From Heptranchias perlo (taxonomy: Eukaryota), in the NCBI RefSeq assembly GCF_035084215.1, contig NW_027138407.1:1240001-1304000 (forward strand): a stretch of DNA of 64,000 bases, read 5' to 3'. The notes below the pieces were generated by a model. That model made no database searches and had not been told where the DNA came from. It was given only the letters and a program-made list of their open reading frames with translations. Below, piece by piece: positions 26,869-40,698 of this stretch. The stretch's first letter is position 1. The number at the start of each line of letters is the position of its first letter. The position numbers and the translations under genes are program-made.

Positions 26869-28599
26869 GGGCACAGCTCGACATGGTGGGGGGAGTGCTT
26901 AACCTCAGGAAAATGCCAGGGATTGAATCCTTGAGAATTTGTACAGAAAATGAATGGGAAAATACAGCCTGATCCAACCCGCTTCCTTCCGTTAATGTCG
27001 GTGCTGTCAGTGTTGGGAAATGTGACATTTCTCTATCATTTTAATTCAATGTCAATATCAGCTCCGTGTTAGCACAGACCTGACAACTCTCTGTAATGTG
27101 TGAAAATATCAAATATTCAAGGTCTTGAACCTGCTCAATGTCCGACAGGTCACATCTTTCAAAAGGTACCTCACCTCAAAGGTTGGTCTTATGGGTGTAA
27201 CATCTCAAAGTTTCCGGGATCAGCGGGGTAAAGACAAAGTGACTGCCTGAAATAAGGAGCCAGGTTTTCAGAGCTGACTTTACTTATCATGTCGCACATG
27301 GCCCTAAGGCTGAGGTTATTAATGGCGCACATTAACTGTGGAGGCAACTCAATGATATTGGAGATTTCTACACTTTGCACCTTCACTGAATGTGAGAACG
27401 AGAGACAGACATCCAGAAAGTGAGAGAGAGAGAGAGAGAAATATAGAGACATAGAGATGGACGGAGAAAGAGAAATTGAGCGAGCAAACCGAGACGTCGA
27501 GAGAGAGGGAGAAGGGAAGGCAAAGAGAGAGAGAGGGGCAGAGAGAGAGAGAGACAAAGAGAGAAAAAAATGAAACGATTAAGTCCCGCCTGGTATTGTG
27601 TCTCAGTGTCAACTTCTGTGCATGTACAACACACAGCTATCTTTAACACAGATTGTCCCAGTAGAGCAGCTCCGAGGCAGATACCAACTCTTGTTAAACT
27701 TGTACTTATAGTCAGTGGGAGGATGTGTTCACTGTGTTGGTTTCAGTGTGGGGGCGAGTTACAGTCTGCAAACATTGTTCAGTTATTTATTTAAGAAAAA
27801 CGATTAAAGAAGCAGATTTGGAAATAAAGACGTTAATTCCAAAAGGAAGTTTTGTTGAGTTTCAATTTTATTATGAATTATTAAAATAATCTAAATTGCA
27901 AATCGAAAATCTGAAGATTAGGGACTTTGAAATTAATCTTACAATCACAAAGAAGGTCACAATTCATCAGAAATAACGTAAACAGAATGTTAATGCAAAC
28001 CACAGAAGGGGACGGTGCACGAAGTGTTTGTTTGAATTACCGTGACAATTTATTCCCTATATACATTGTATCTACCTGTATATTGAAAATGGCACTGGAT
28101 TGTCGCATATTGTAACCTGACACTCAGTTGCTGGACTGAGGGAGCTCTTCATGGTCATACGGATGAGAGGTTTAACCGAGGTCGCGTCAGATGGGAAACA
28201 CAGTGTTGTTGAGTGCTAACTCAATAGACCAGTGATTCTTTAAATTGACTTAGCCTTCCCTGCTTAACAGGCAAATGCTGAAGGTTACCATTACTACAAT
28301 ATGAAGAGGAACCAATAGCAGTGTAACTATAGTAGGCTTGAGGTCAGTCTGATTAACCCTTCCATGACAAAATTAATGGCGCCTGTTGAACTGTTTCCCA
28401 GAAAGGAGTCAACACATTTAGGACAGTCTGATTAACCCTTCCCTTACAGAATTAATGCAGTCTATGGGACTCTTCCCCACAAAGATGTCAACACATTCAG
28501 GACAGTCTGATTAAACCTTTCCTAACAGATAGAATGGAGCCCGTGTAACGAAACCCCACAAAGGAGTCAACACATACAGGAGAGCAGAGGAGCGGTATG

Positions 28600-28690
28600 T
28601 AGTTTGTTTGATAGGAACCTGCGGCACATATTGTACTGGAGCACTCAGCGTTTTCCTCGCTCCACTGTAATAAACTTCAGAGTCTGAATC
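28600..28690 (-). pseudogene. Truncated 3' end of a V related to the 22110 pseudogene
   Basis: DSDSEVYYS remnant; downstream flank directly duplicates ~21690-22140. Confidence 0.6.
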
Positions 28691-30159
28691 TCTTAAGCAG
28701 GGAAGGTTAAATCAATTTAAAGTATCACTGGTCTATTGAGCCACGTCTGAAACTGCACAATTGCTCAACTTAGACACTTTAGTTGCAGACTGAGAACATT
28801 CATCGAATCAAAGAGTCACACAACACAGAAGGTGGCCATCCGAAATATATTAGCTGTGCCAACTCTCCACCCCTCTGCTTTCTCCGCTAAGCCCATCAAA
28901 TTTCTCCTTTTCCAGGATGTAACATTGCTCAGTTACTTTATTTAATTAAAAAGGGATGAAAGTAACACATTCGAAAAGAAAGGCAATAATATCAAATACA
29001 AGTGGTGATATATTTCAAATGTCATTATGATTTATTTAAGTATTATTAATGACAACATGATGTAAATATTTTTAAAGAGCAGCTCAATCAGTATCACTGA
29101 GCCCATCTGCTGTTCACACCCTCCCATTCTGCTCAAACCTGTCTGTCATTCCACATTTCATTCATATAAAAGGTGGCGTTTGTCCAATTTATCACATCGT
29201 TGTGTTCAAATCCCCCAGGACACGCTTCCCATCTGTAACACCTTCATATCAGCTGTGGATCGTTCTCAAGGTCAGTGAGCAGCTTTTTTAATGGGAGCCT
29301 CTGGCACTGATACCAGAACGACATTAAACGTTTCCCTTCACTGCCCCCACCTCACAGACTGACCCTGTTAACGGGCCAAGATTGGGTGTAATCCCCGTCA
29401 AGTTCTCTGTAGTGAGGAAAACAATTTCGCGCCGTTCCCTGATCTCCTCTCTGATTGGATGATTTGGAGATCAAAAGACCTGTGAGCTGATTGGATGAAT
29501 TGGAGAACAAAGGACCTGTGAGCAGATTGGATGAATTGCAGAACAAAGGAGCTTTGAGCTGATTGGATGTCACATGCGGACTCCGTCAGGACTGAACGAA
29601 TCGGCAGAGCCCGGATATCACTCAACATCTTCCCAACTCTTGTGTAAAATAATTCCAGGTTCAACGCGTTCTGTTCAAATCCGCCATCAACTTACTGCAA
29701 ACATGTCGGGTGTTACTTTTTATTCATTCGTCGCAGCTGCAGCTCTCTTAACTGGTAAGTTCACAAGTTACACATCTGTATCATACATCATACTTAATCG
29801 GTCGGTTCCCTGAACACAAGAATATCAATAGATTGATCCGAAATGAAGAAAATCATCCGATCCACAATGACTCAAATTAAACTCTCTTTGGGGAAACTCG
29901 ACACACTTCCCCAATGAATGAGAGTGGAAGTGTATAGGTGAGATTACAGGAGAATGGCAGACAGATCGGCCCCAACCCACCCCGCTGGGGCCAATGACGG
30001 ACTTTGGCCGACACGCGAGTCTTAAGCCCAACCGGCCGTTTGGAGTTTTCGCTTCACACCACAAGGGGCGAAGGTGAGGAACGGATCCCGTCGGCAGGTG
30101 CGGAAGGCTCATTAAAGGAAGTTTTATTCAGTCGATCCAAGCAGCTTCCTGTTGCAGCC

Positions 30160-30644
30160 ATGTGTGTGGGAGAACATATTTCTGTTTAACTGCCCTGATT
30201 TACTTCTCAGGTTAGTGTTGTGGGTGGCGGGCTGATTACGAGGAACAGACAAAGTGACGTGAAATTATTTAATTTAATATCGCTCTGGGCTCTTGCAGGA
30301 CATTGTGGAGGAGACTCCGTTTTCCAGACACCAGCTGCAACCACAGTAAGTGAAGGAGACGATGTTCAGCTGCTCTGTAATTTTAAAGCTGCAAGCATCA
30401 GCGAACCTTACCTATTCTGGTACCGCCAGTATCCCAGCGGATCCATAGAGTACCTTCTGCAGAGAAACAAATACAGCCAGAACCAAGAGAAAATTCCAGG
30501 GGAACGTTTCTCAGCCAAGTTCGATCATTCGAATAAAGCCGTTCCGCTGAATGTGTCTGAAACACAACTGACAGACTCCGCGGTGTATTACTGCGCTCTG
30601 AGACTCACAGAGACACGGAGCTGGGCTGAACCTGTACAAAAACT
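30160..30644 (+). pseudogene. Inverted TCR V with intact V exon (30299-30605) and RSS but a 1-bp deletion in the leader
   Basis: Leader is 51 nt versus 52 nt in the paralog and reads MCVGEHISV*. V exon is open with WYRQ/YYCALR. CACAGAG (30606-30612), 23 bp, ACAAAAACT. Confidence 0.85.
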
Positions 30645-31289
30645 GCCAGAGCGTCGCTAAACATATCGGAGGCTTAGGGGAATTTTGATCAGGGGCGAAT
30701 CTGAGCTGGTACCTGTATTTCTGATCATTATGTTAATCCATTCTCGGGATATGTGCGTCGCTGGCAAGGCTGGCATTTATTGCACATCCCTAGTTGCCTG
30801 TTAAGAAGGTGATGGTGGGCCTTCGTCTTGAACCGCTGCAGTCCGAGTGGTGAAGTTACTCCCACAGTACTGTTTGGTAGTTAGTTCCAGGATTGTGACC
30901 CAGCAACAATGAAGGAACGACCGATCTTCGAGCAAGTCGGGATGCTTCGTTGCTTGGAAGCCAAATTTGAGGTGACGGTGTTCCCATGCACCTGCTGCCC
31001 TTGTCCTTCTAGATTGTAGGGGTCGCGAGTTTGGGAGGTGCTTTCAAAGATGCCTTGGCGATTTGCTACAGTGCATCCTGCAGATAGAACACACTACAGC
31101 CACGGTGGGCCGGTGTTGGATGGATTGGATATTTAAGTTGATGGAAGATTCCACATTTTACTTTAATTCTAATACATATTTACCATTATTAATAATAAGT
31201 ATATAATATATATAAATAAATGCAGGTAGATGAGTAAAAGCCCATTATAGAGGCAAACAGGCTGATGGTCGACAGACAGACAGCGGCCT

Positions 31290-31641
31290 ATCTGGACATT
31301 GGCCACGTTTTTCCCTTGAGCCAGGGTACCAGTTTGTATCAGAGTTAAATCAGTTCTGCGAAACAGGGAAAGTAATCATCGGAAACCCGGAAATGCGGAA
31401 GGGAAAACACACCGACGGTCTGGAGCCTGTGCACAAAGATGATGGAAATCCGGCACCTGTTTTGGGATACACAGGAACAGAAAGGACAAGGTTTCGAAAT
31501 CCGTTTCTCTGCTGAGCTCCAGTCCTCCGACACCTTCAGCGGTTTATCCATCTCGGGTTGAAATTGACTGACGCTGCTGTGTATTACGGTGGTCTCGATG
31601 AGTCGCGGTGATGAACGCAGTTTCAGCCCCGCCCATAAACT
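31290..31641 (+). pseudogene. Inverted TCR V pseudogene (paralog of 18777)
   Basis: RFSAELQSSDTFSGLSISGLKLTDAAVYYG (Cys lost); degenerate heptamer CGCGGTG. Confidence 0.75.
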
Positions 31642-33649
31642 GCCGTTGGCCTGTCGGTGAGAGACCCTGTCTGTTGGGGGCGGTGTACAGTCGCTGGTAG
31701 ATGCAGCCACAATTTGCAACGCCCTGCCAGGCGCTCAAACACACACCGAGAGGAAGCCGAATTTAACTGGGATCAAACTGTCACCCAAATGTTTCCAGGA
31801 GCATCCGAGAAAGTAAACTACAGGAACCAATCGATCCGAAAGATCGACCGCAGAACGAATGGAACAGGTAAGCTGTCCTTTCTGATTCTGATCATCTGTT
31901 TTCCCTTAAATTTATGGATCAATGTTCAGATCAGCACAAAGTAAGAGGTTGCTGAAACCGCCAGGAACTTCCCGCTAGTCCCTCCGTGAATAGGGCAGGA
32001 TCTAGTTCCCATATTTTGCCTGTGTTTGTTATTTATTTTCAGATGTGTTACTTTAATCCGCCTCAACCTTATTTAAAAAAAAATCCATCAGAGCAGATCC
32101 AGTTATAATCTGGAGCCATTCCACGGTGGAGCCGGGCACGGCCCCGGGGCGGCAGATTCTTTTCTCCCGCACCCCATGGGCGATAACGGTTAAATCGGCA
32201 GCTTGGGGAAGCGAATCTTTAAACATCCTGCCAAGATTTACTCGGTTTGGTTCTTGCAGACATTAAAAAAAGCGAGCAACCTTTCTTAATCTTTGGTCCC
32301 AATTCAGCTTTTCCCTTTTTACACTCAAGGAGATTATTTCCCTGAGGAGCGCCCGGCCTCGGTTTGGGTGAAGTTAATGGAGAGTAAATTCGGGCGAGGT
32401 GTAAACCCAGCGTTGCAGGAGATCCCGTCAGTTTTCCGACGGTCCGGTTCGGTAAATATTGCTCACAGAGGCCAGAGAAATTCTTCCGGTTTAGTTCCTG
32501 GGCTCCAATCAGAAGGTGCTCACCACCGATTACGCCTTGCACCTTTCAATTGAAATGTGAATATGATATTTGATCAGGAGAAAGGAACAGAAGGTTATGC
32601 TGATAGGGTGAGATGAAGAGCGTTGGGAGGAGGCTGGTGTGGAGCATAAATACCGGCATGGAACAGTTGGGCCGAATGGCCGATTTCTTTGCTGCACGTT
32701 CTCAGTAATCCTATGTAGCGCAATGTCCTGATCATCCACAAGGCGTTGCAAGTGTATAATGTACGACCATAAAGAAAAGTTCAAATTGGAAAGTATCAAT
32801 AGCAAATGCTGGGCATGCGCAACTTCGTGATTGGGCGACGTGACCATAATGAGAAGATTCACGCTTCAGAGAAAGACTCAGCATCAGAATTTAATCTACA
32901 AATAATAAGCGGAGTCTATATAATTAATTGTCGATACAATGACCAGCGGGGTCTGCAAATACCTACCGCGTATTATTTATTTTGCATGTAAAATATTTGA
33001 TATACTTTAATTTGCCTTCAAGTGTAGGAATACTTTATTGCCCCTTTGAAGTAAAACGTCTGCATATATATTGTATAAATTAATCTTATTTTAGAGTGTA
33101 ACTGGAAGTAATGAAAATGAAAGAAAGAAGAAAGGAAGGAAAAAGATCATATATTTACAGTGATAATTTGAAACAATTTTAAACTCCAGCGCATTCCAGC
33201 AAAAATAGAAAGGAAAAGTTTTGATTTGCACCATCGATTCTCACGTCTCACAGAAACCACTCAGAGTTCTTCAGGAACAATGGATTATTTCAGAGTGCGG
33301 TATCTTTGGACAAAAAATTGTAAGAAATGTAAGGTGGTGCAAAGGAGACTTACTAGAATGGTCCCAGGGATGAGGGACTTCAGTTATGTGGAGAGACTGG
33401 AGAAGCTGGGGTTGTTCTCCTTGGAGTAGAGAAGGTTAAGGGGGGATTTAATAGAGGTGTTCAATGTCATGAAGGGTTTTAATAGAGTAAATAAGGAGAA
33501 ACTGTTTCCACTCGCAGGAGGGTCGCAGTATTTAAGGTAATTGGCAAAAGTGCCAGTTATTATGATCTGGAAATGCACTGCCTGAATTGGTGGTGGAAGC
33601 AGATTGAATGGTAACTTTCAAAAGGGAAGTGGATAAATACAGCTGAGTG

Positions 33650-35210
33650 CATTGGTGACAGCAAAGGCCCCGACAATATCCCTGCTGTAGTGCTGAAGTC
33701 TTGTGCTCCAGAACTAGGTGTGCCTCTAGCCAAGCTGATCCAGTACAGCTACAACAGTGGCATCTACCCGACAATGTAAAAAATTGCCCAGGTATAACCT
33801 GTCCACAAAAAGCAGGACAAATCCAAGCCGGCTAATTACCGCCCCATAAGTCTACTCTCAGTCATCAGCAAAGGGATGGAAGGTGTCGTCGACAGTGCTA
33901 TCAAGCGGCACTTGCACACAAATAACCTGCTCACCGATGCTCAGTTTTGGTTCCACCAGGACCAGTCGGCTCCAAACCTCATTACAGCCTTGGTCCAAAC
34001 ATCGACAAAAGATTTGAATTCCAGAGGTGAGGTGAGAGTGACTGCCCTTGACATCAAGGCAGCATTTGACCGAGTGTGCCACCAAGGAGCCTTCGTAAAA
34101 TTGAAGTCAGTGGGAATCTGGGGGAAAACAGTCCAGTGGCTGGAGTCATACCTTGCACATAGGAAGATGGTAGTGGTTGTTGGAGGCCAATCATCTCAGC
34201 CCCAGGACATTGCTACAGGAGTTATTCAGGGCAGTGTCTTAGGCCCAACCATCTTCAGCTGCTTCATCAATGAACTTCCCTCCGTCATAAGGTCAGAAAG
34301 GGGAATGTTCGCTGATGATTGCACAGTGTGCAGTTCCATTCACAACCCCTCAAATAATGAAGCAGTCCGAGACCGCATGCAGCAAGACTTGGACAACATC
34401 CAGCTTGGGCTGATAAGTGGCAAGTAACATTCGCGCCAGACAAGTGCCAGGCAATGACCATATCCAACAAGAGAGAGTCTAACCATCTCCCCTTGACATC
34501 CAACGGCATTGCCGTCGCCGAATCCCCCACCAACAACATCCTGGGGGTCACCACTGACCTGAAACTTAACTGAACCAGCCATATAAATACTGTGGCTACA
34601 AGAGCAGGTCAGAGGCTGGGTATTCTGTGGTGAGTGACTCACCTCCTGACTCCCCAAAGCATTGCCACCATCTACAAGGCACAAGTCAGGAGTATGATGG
34701 AATACTCTCCACTTGCCTGGATGGGTGCAGCTCCAACAACACTCAAGAAGCTCGACACCATCCAGGACAAAGCAGCCGCTTGATTGGCACCCCATCCAGC
34801 ACCCTAAACATTTGCTCCCTTCACCACCGGCGCACAGTGGCTGCAGTGTGTACCATCCGCAGGATGCACTGCAGCAACTCGCCAAGGCTTCTTCGACAAC
34901 ACCTCCCAAACCCGCGACCTCTACCACCTAGAAGGACAAGAGCAGCAGGCACATTGGAACAACACCACCTGCACGTTCCCCTCCAAGTCACACACCATCC
35001 CGACTTGGAAATACATCGCCGTTCCTTCATCGTCGCTGGGTCAAAATCCTGGAACTCCCTTCCTAACATCACTGTGGAAGAACCTTCACCACACGGACTG
35101 CAGCGGTTCAAGAAGGCAGCTCACCACCACCTTCTCAAGGGCAATTAGGGATGGGCAATAAAGGCTGTCCTCGCCAGCGACGCCCACATCCCATGAACGA
35201 ATTAAAAAAA
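33650..35210 (+). mobile_element. 5'-truncated non-LTR retrotransposon (CR1/L2 group), RT remnant with poly-A end
   Basis: ORF 33876-34427 has LDIKAAFDRV, QGSVLGP and FADD motifs, with stops and frameshifts; ends gaattaaaaaaaa. Confidence 0.9.
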
Positions 35211-37439
35211 ACTCGAAGTGTGAAAAGTGCATTGCTATGGAGAAAAACAGAGGAAAGTGTGTCTAATTGGATCGCTCTTTAAAAGAGCCGGCACAGGCAC
35301 GATGGGCCGCATGGCCTCCTTCTGTGTTGTAACATTCAATAATTCTATGGTATTGGGGATGATGTATAAAGAAGAATTGCGTTTCTATGTAACATTTGGC
35401 TGTAGAAATCTATTAAGTTTACTGTTCCTAAATTGACGACGCAGCAATTATTTCTGCATCACTCAAAAGTGCGAAGGGTATTGATGGAGAGAATAGTCGG
35501 AAACTGTTTCAACTGGTCGCAGGGTCGGCAACCAGGGGACACGGATTAAAACAAGGGCCCAGCCTGTTCAATCTTTGCTGATGGGTATAACCTGATCGGT
35601 TATCATGGAGCATAAAACCTGTAAAGATTCAAGTGACCAATTGCAAAGTGAAAGATATAACTTCAGGAGACGTTTCGAAATACATTCCCTCTGCACGAAC
35701 TCACTTTCAAATACACGTAATCCTTAGCAACTGGCAGCCAATAGAGGGCGCCCAACACAGTCCAAAAGTGGAGAGGAAACGTCGACGAAAAGGAGCGATC
35801 CAGAACTGTTCATATAAAAAACTGGTTACTCATAGTTACTGATCAGTTAGTTCGCACATAACGGAAACAAAGCTCCAACTGCTATTCACCCCCTCCCCCG
35901 CCAACGCCCCCCACTTCGCGTCCACCACCGCCACATACTGGATACGGAAAACAAACTATCAATAAAAGTAATGAATTTTTTCCAAAGGAACTGTGTGTCC
36001 ATAAAGGGGGACTGAGGGTTTCAGATTATTAATATATCTTCTTGATTCAAATGCATTTGGGGTTGAATGGGGCAAGGCCATTGATGCTCAACCTCTATGA
36101 ATCACTGGTTCGGTATCGACTTTGGTATTGCATCCAATTCTGGGCACCGCACTTTAGGAAGGATATCAAGGCCTTCGAGATGGTGCAGAGGAGGTTTATA
36201 AAAATGGTAACAGCGATGAGGGACTTCAGTTAGGTGGAGAGACTGGACAAACTGGGGTTGTTCTACTTGTAGCAGTGAATGTTAAGGGGAGATTTAATAG
36301 AGGTGTTCAAAATTATGAAGGGGTTTGATGGAGTAAATAAGGAGAAAAAGAATCCACTGGCAGGACGACCGGTAACCAGGCGCTGCAGATTTAAGGTAAT
36401 TTGCAAAAAAATCCATGAGCAGGTGACGAGCAATTTTTTTTCATGCAGCGATGTATGATGATTTGGAATACATTGACTGAGAGGGTGGTGGAAGCAGATT
36501 AAATATGAACTTTCAAATCAGAATTTCATATACACTTGAAAAGGAGAAATTTGCAGGGCTATGGGGTTAGAGCAGGTGAGTGGGACTAATTGGATAGCTC
36601 TTTCAAAGGCCGGCACAGACTCGATGGGCTGAAGGGCCTCCTTCTGTGCTTCATGATTGTAACAAATGAGACGTTTATATTTTCTGCTGAGCTCGTCAAT
36701 CTACGTCATGACTGCCAATCAACGAACTGACAGATGGAGCACTGTTGCACTAAGCTATTTGCAGCAGCTCAGCTCACTGCACACTCTGTTTTGGATTAAC
36801 TCTTCAAGTGCTGGACCACCATATCCGCTTCCAATTCAGATTCTCGTCTGGATAAATGCACAAACTAAAGCATAAAATTGGAATATTTGAATTGTCGGTA
36901 CAAAATATTGCATTTTTTGTTCTTTCTTTCTGTCTAACTTTCTTTCTTTCTTCATTTGCTTCTTTCTATCTTTCTTTCTCACCTTCCTTCTTTCTTTCAT
37001 TCTGTCTTTTTTTTCTTTCTGTATTTCTTTCTTTCTTTTCTAACGATTCTATTTCCTCTTATTTTTCTTCATTTTTATTTTAAGTACATCGTTGAAATCT
37101 TATTGATTTCCGGATGTTTTGTGTCCAGAAGAAAAAACAAGTGACCGTGACATTTTTCTGCTTCAATATTAAAGTAAACACTTACATATTTTAAAAGAAA
37201 GATTGAAACAGGAGCTTTCTTTACTAGAAGCTTTCAGAAGATAAATTGGGGCCAAATATTACCAACGACCGACCAGTCAATAACTGAGAGGTTTTAATTT
37301 AATATCACCACAAAAAAAATCGGGAGAAACTTCTCTGCCCACAGAGTGGTGAGAATGTGGAACTCGCTACCACAAGGAATAGTTGAGGCAAATAGAATAG
37401 ATGCCTTTAAGGGGAAGCTAGATAAGTACATGAGGGAGA

Positions 37440-38585
37440 ATGGATTGGATGATATGACAAAATTAAAGAACATGGGATTGGTGGTAATATACTGGCATGG
37501 ATTGAAAATTGGTTAACAGACAGGCAGCAGACAGTAGGAATAAATGGGTCTTTTTCGGGGTGACAAGCAGTGACTAGTGGGGTGCCGCAGTGATCAGTGC
37601 TTGGGACGAGGCTATTCACAAAAAAATTCAATGATTTGGATGAGGGCACCAAATGTAATATTTCCAAGTTTGCTGATGACACAAAACTAGCTGATATCGT
37701 GAGTTGTGAGGAGGATGCAAAGGGGCTTCAAGGTGATTTAGACAAGTTGAGTGAGTGGACAAATACATGGCAGACGCAGTAAAATCTGGATAAATGTGAA
37801 GTTATCCACTTCGGAAGGAAAATAGAAAGGTGACAGATTGGGAAATGTTGGTGTACAAAGGGACTGGGTGTCCTTGTACACCAGTCACTGAAAGCAAACA
37901 TGCAGGTGCAGCAAGCGGTTAGGAAGGGAAATGGTATGTTGGCGTTCATTGCAAGAGGATTTGAGTATAGGAGCAAGGATGTCTTACTGCAGTTATACAG
38001 GGCCTTGGTGAGACCACACCTGGAGTATTATGTGTAGTTTTGGTCTCCTTACCTAAGAAAGAATATACTTGCCATCGAGAGAGTGAAGCGAAAGATCACC
38101 AGACTGATTCCTGGGATGACAGGACTGTCATATGAGGAGACATTGGGTCGACTCGGCCTGTATTCACTTGAGTTTAGAAGAATGAGAGGAGATCTCATCG
38201 AAACATATAAAATTCTGACAGGACTAGACAGACTAGATGCAGGGAGGATGTTCCCGATAGCTGGGGAGTCCAGAACCAGGGGTCACAGTCTCAAGATACG
38301 GGGTAGGACATTTAGAACCGAGATGATGAGAAATTTCTTCACTCAGAGGGTGGTGAACCTGTGGAATCCTCTACCACAGAAGGCTGTGGAGGCCATTTAA
38401 CTGAATATCTTTAAGATGGAACAAGATAGATTTCTCGACACAAAGGGCATCAAGGGTATGAGAAGAGAGCGGGAATATGGTATTGACAGAGTGGATTAGC
38501 CATGATCATGTTGAATGGCGGAGCAGACTCCAAGGGCCGAATGGCCTACTCCCGCTCCTATTTTCTATGTTTTTATGTTTCTATA
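37440..38585 (+). mobile_element. CR1 LINE fragment, degenerate
   Basis: KFADDTKL, LGLYSLEFRRMRGDLIE and FFTQRVVNLWN motifs; ctatgttt 3' repeats. Confidence 0.88.
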
Positions 38586-39760
38586 GTGCGAGATTAAATA
38601 AGGTGGTAGGAGGCTCGTGTGGAGCATAAACATCGACACAGACCAGTTGGGCCGAATGGCCTGTATCTGTGCTGTAAATTCTATGTACCGAACCAACGAA
38701 GGTATTAGGGGAGGATAGTCAGAATACTCTGGCAGAAACAGTGATGGAAATAATGATGCAAAATTCATAATGGCATTCAAAGGAAAACCGGGAAATAATT
38801 ACATCTAAAAAAGTGGCCTGGGCAAGTACAGGATAAAGGGAATAGGTGGATAACTCTTTTAAAATTCATAGATGTATTTAAAGGGAAGCTAGAAAAGTAC
38901 ATGAGGCGGAAAGGAATAGAAAGGTTTGTCGTTAAGGTAAGATTACTCAGGGAGGTTGGAGGCTCGTTTGGAGCATAAACACCGGCATAGACCAGTTGGA
39001 CCGAAGACTTGTTTCTTGCTGTAAATTCTATGTAGAAAAAAACAAGAGAGCCGACCGAATGACCATATTATGTGCTGCAAAACGCGACGATTTTTATGAG
39101 AAATGACGAGATTGTAACTGGCTTATAGACTTTACCTTCTGGCTTTGACACGATGGGCCGAATGTGCTGTATGATTTTATGATTTCTGGTAAGCAACAAG
39201 TGCATTCACAGGAGTGCAACCTGGCCATGTGATTTTTGATTGATTTTCGTTGCAGTCTAAATAACAGAAAAAAATTATGCTTTAAAAAGCAATCTGCCTC
39301 AATCCGTGTTGCTCAGAAAGTCCCTTGTTAATGTTGCTATTATTTTTGTCCCTGCTCATTGCAACATTCGCCCTCCCCTCACCGCCTAACTGCCACCTCG
39401 CTGCTTTAGATTCGAGCCCCAGGCGATTAAACCGTAGTTTGCCCATGTGTTCAAACTGACAGATTCCGAGACCGTGTTCGCTGAAACCGCACCTTCAACC
39501 CATTTCCTGCTGCCCTTGGTTGCCTTGTCAACGGAGCTCTGGCTCCCCCAGTCAAGAGACAACTCGTGAACCGTTATTTCTTAACAGTTGCGGTCGGTAC
39601 AAGGAGCTTAAAGTCAATTAACCCTTCTGCTACCGCTTAATTTAAAATAAACCGATGGAAAAAATAAACATGCTGACTATCGAGCGCCGGAGGCTTTTGT
39701 GTCCCCTCAAGATTCAAAGAGAAAGGCAACTCATTCGATATGTTGAACAAAACTAAAACC

Positions 39761-40698
39761 TTTATTCACATTGCGTTACAAGTGGGAAAATAGATTTGAA
39801 ACCGCGCATCATTAAAGTTACCAAATGTATTGCTAATTAAATGATGTACAACCAAAAAATCAGGGAGAAAACGATTACAGTAGAGCAAAACAGTATCCAC
39901 TCGCTGCCAATCGCGAACAGAGGGTAACTTCTCTCCACTTTTACCGCGGTCCTAATGCGAAGCGACCAGAGAAAATCTCTACCCCAAAATTGTAAAAAAA
40001 CAGTGGCATTAAAACCCGAACGAGAGAATAGCTGCTGGATATTTTAAAACCAGCCTCCTGGTGACAATTCGGACACTACTCTTGAGTTAAACGGTTTGCT
40101 TCCAATGCAGACAGATGTCTGTCAAAGAAGTGCATCTGGCGCTCTTAAATTACATGAAAGAAAACCAAACTGCATTTAAAATAACTATCAGAGAAAAGCA
40201 AACATTTGCAGGTGTTTGGGGAAAGAGCAGGGTGAGTGGGACTAATTGGAAAGCTCTTTTAAAGAGCCGGCACAGGCACGATGGGCCCAATGTCCTCAGT
40301 CTGTGCTGTAAAATTCCATGATTCTAAGAAAGGCATGTAAAATTTTGTATTTCTTTGAAGCTGAAGTGCTACTTTGAAACTGTTCTTTTGACTAATTCAA
40401 GCATAAAAACATAAATATGAGCTCTACATATTTAAATCTATGATTTTCATGCACGTAATTTGTTTACCTAATATATGCAATGAGCATTCGACAAAACTAT
40501 GACAATAAAATGAATATGTCGCAGAAATTGGACAAAAGTTTACTAAAGGATAAAGTTTAACAGTGGCAACAGCAGAGAATTAACCATTTAAATCCAGCCG
40601 TATTGAATTAAAGTAAGGTGAGTCAGCTGAACTCCTTGTCTGGGGCTCTGAATTCCCAGTTGTGTTCACGCTGGAATCCATGTGATTGGAGATAATTC
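39761..40698 (-). other. Candidate 3' untranslated exon 4 of the Cdelta gene
   Basis: The TM exon has a splice donor right after the stop, as in TRDC/TRAC. Pyrimidine-rich acceptor at 40699-40700; AATAAA at 39761-39766 (minus strand) followed by a GT-rich tract. Boundaries are inferred. Confidence 0.3.

Larger units (their letters stand above)
28693..36900. repeat. Inverted segmental duplication arm (reverse complement of ~15500-21730, plus sequence matching 8770-9500)
   Basis: V 30299 mirrors V 19808, pseudogene 31290 mirrors 18777, and the CCAAT repeats and intergenic blocks are mirrored. Interrupted by the LINE at 33650-35210. Confidence 0.9.
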
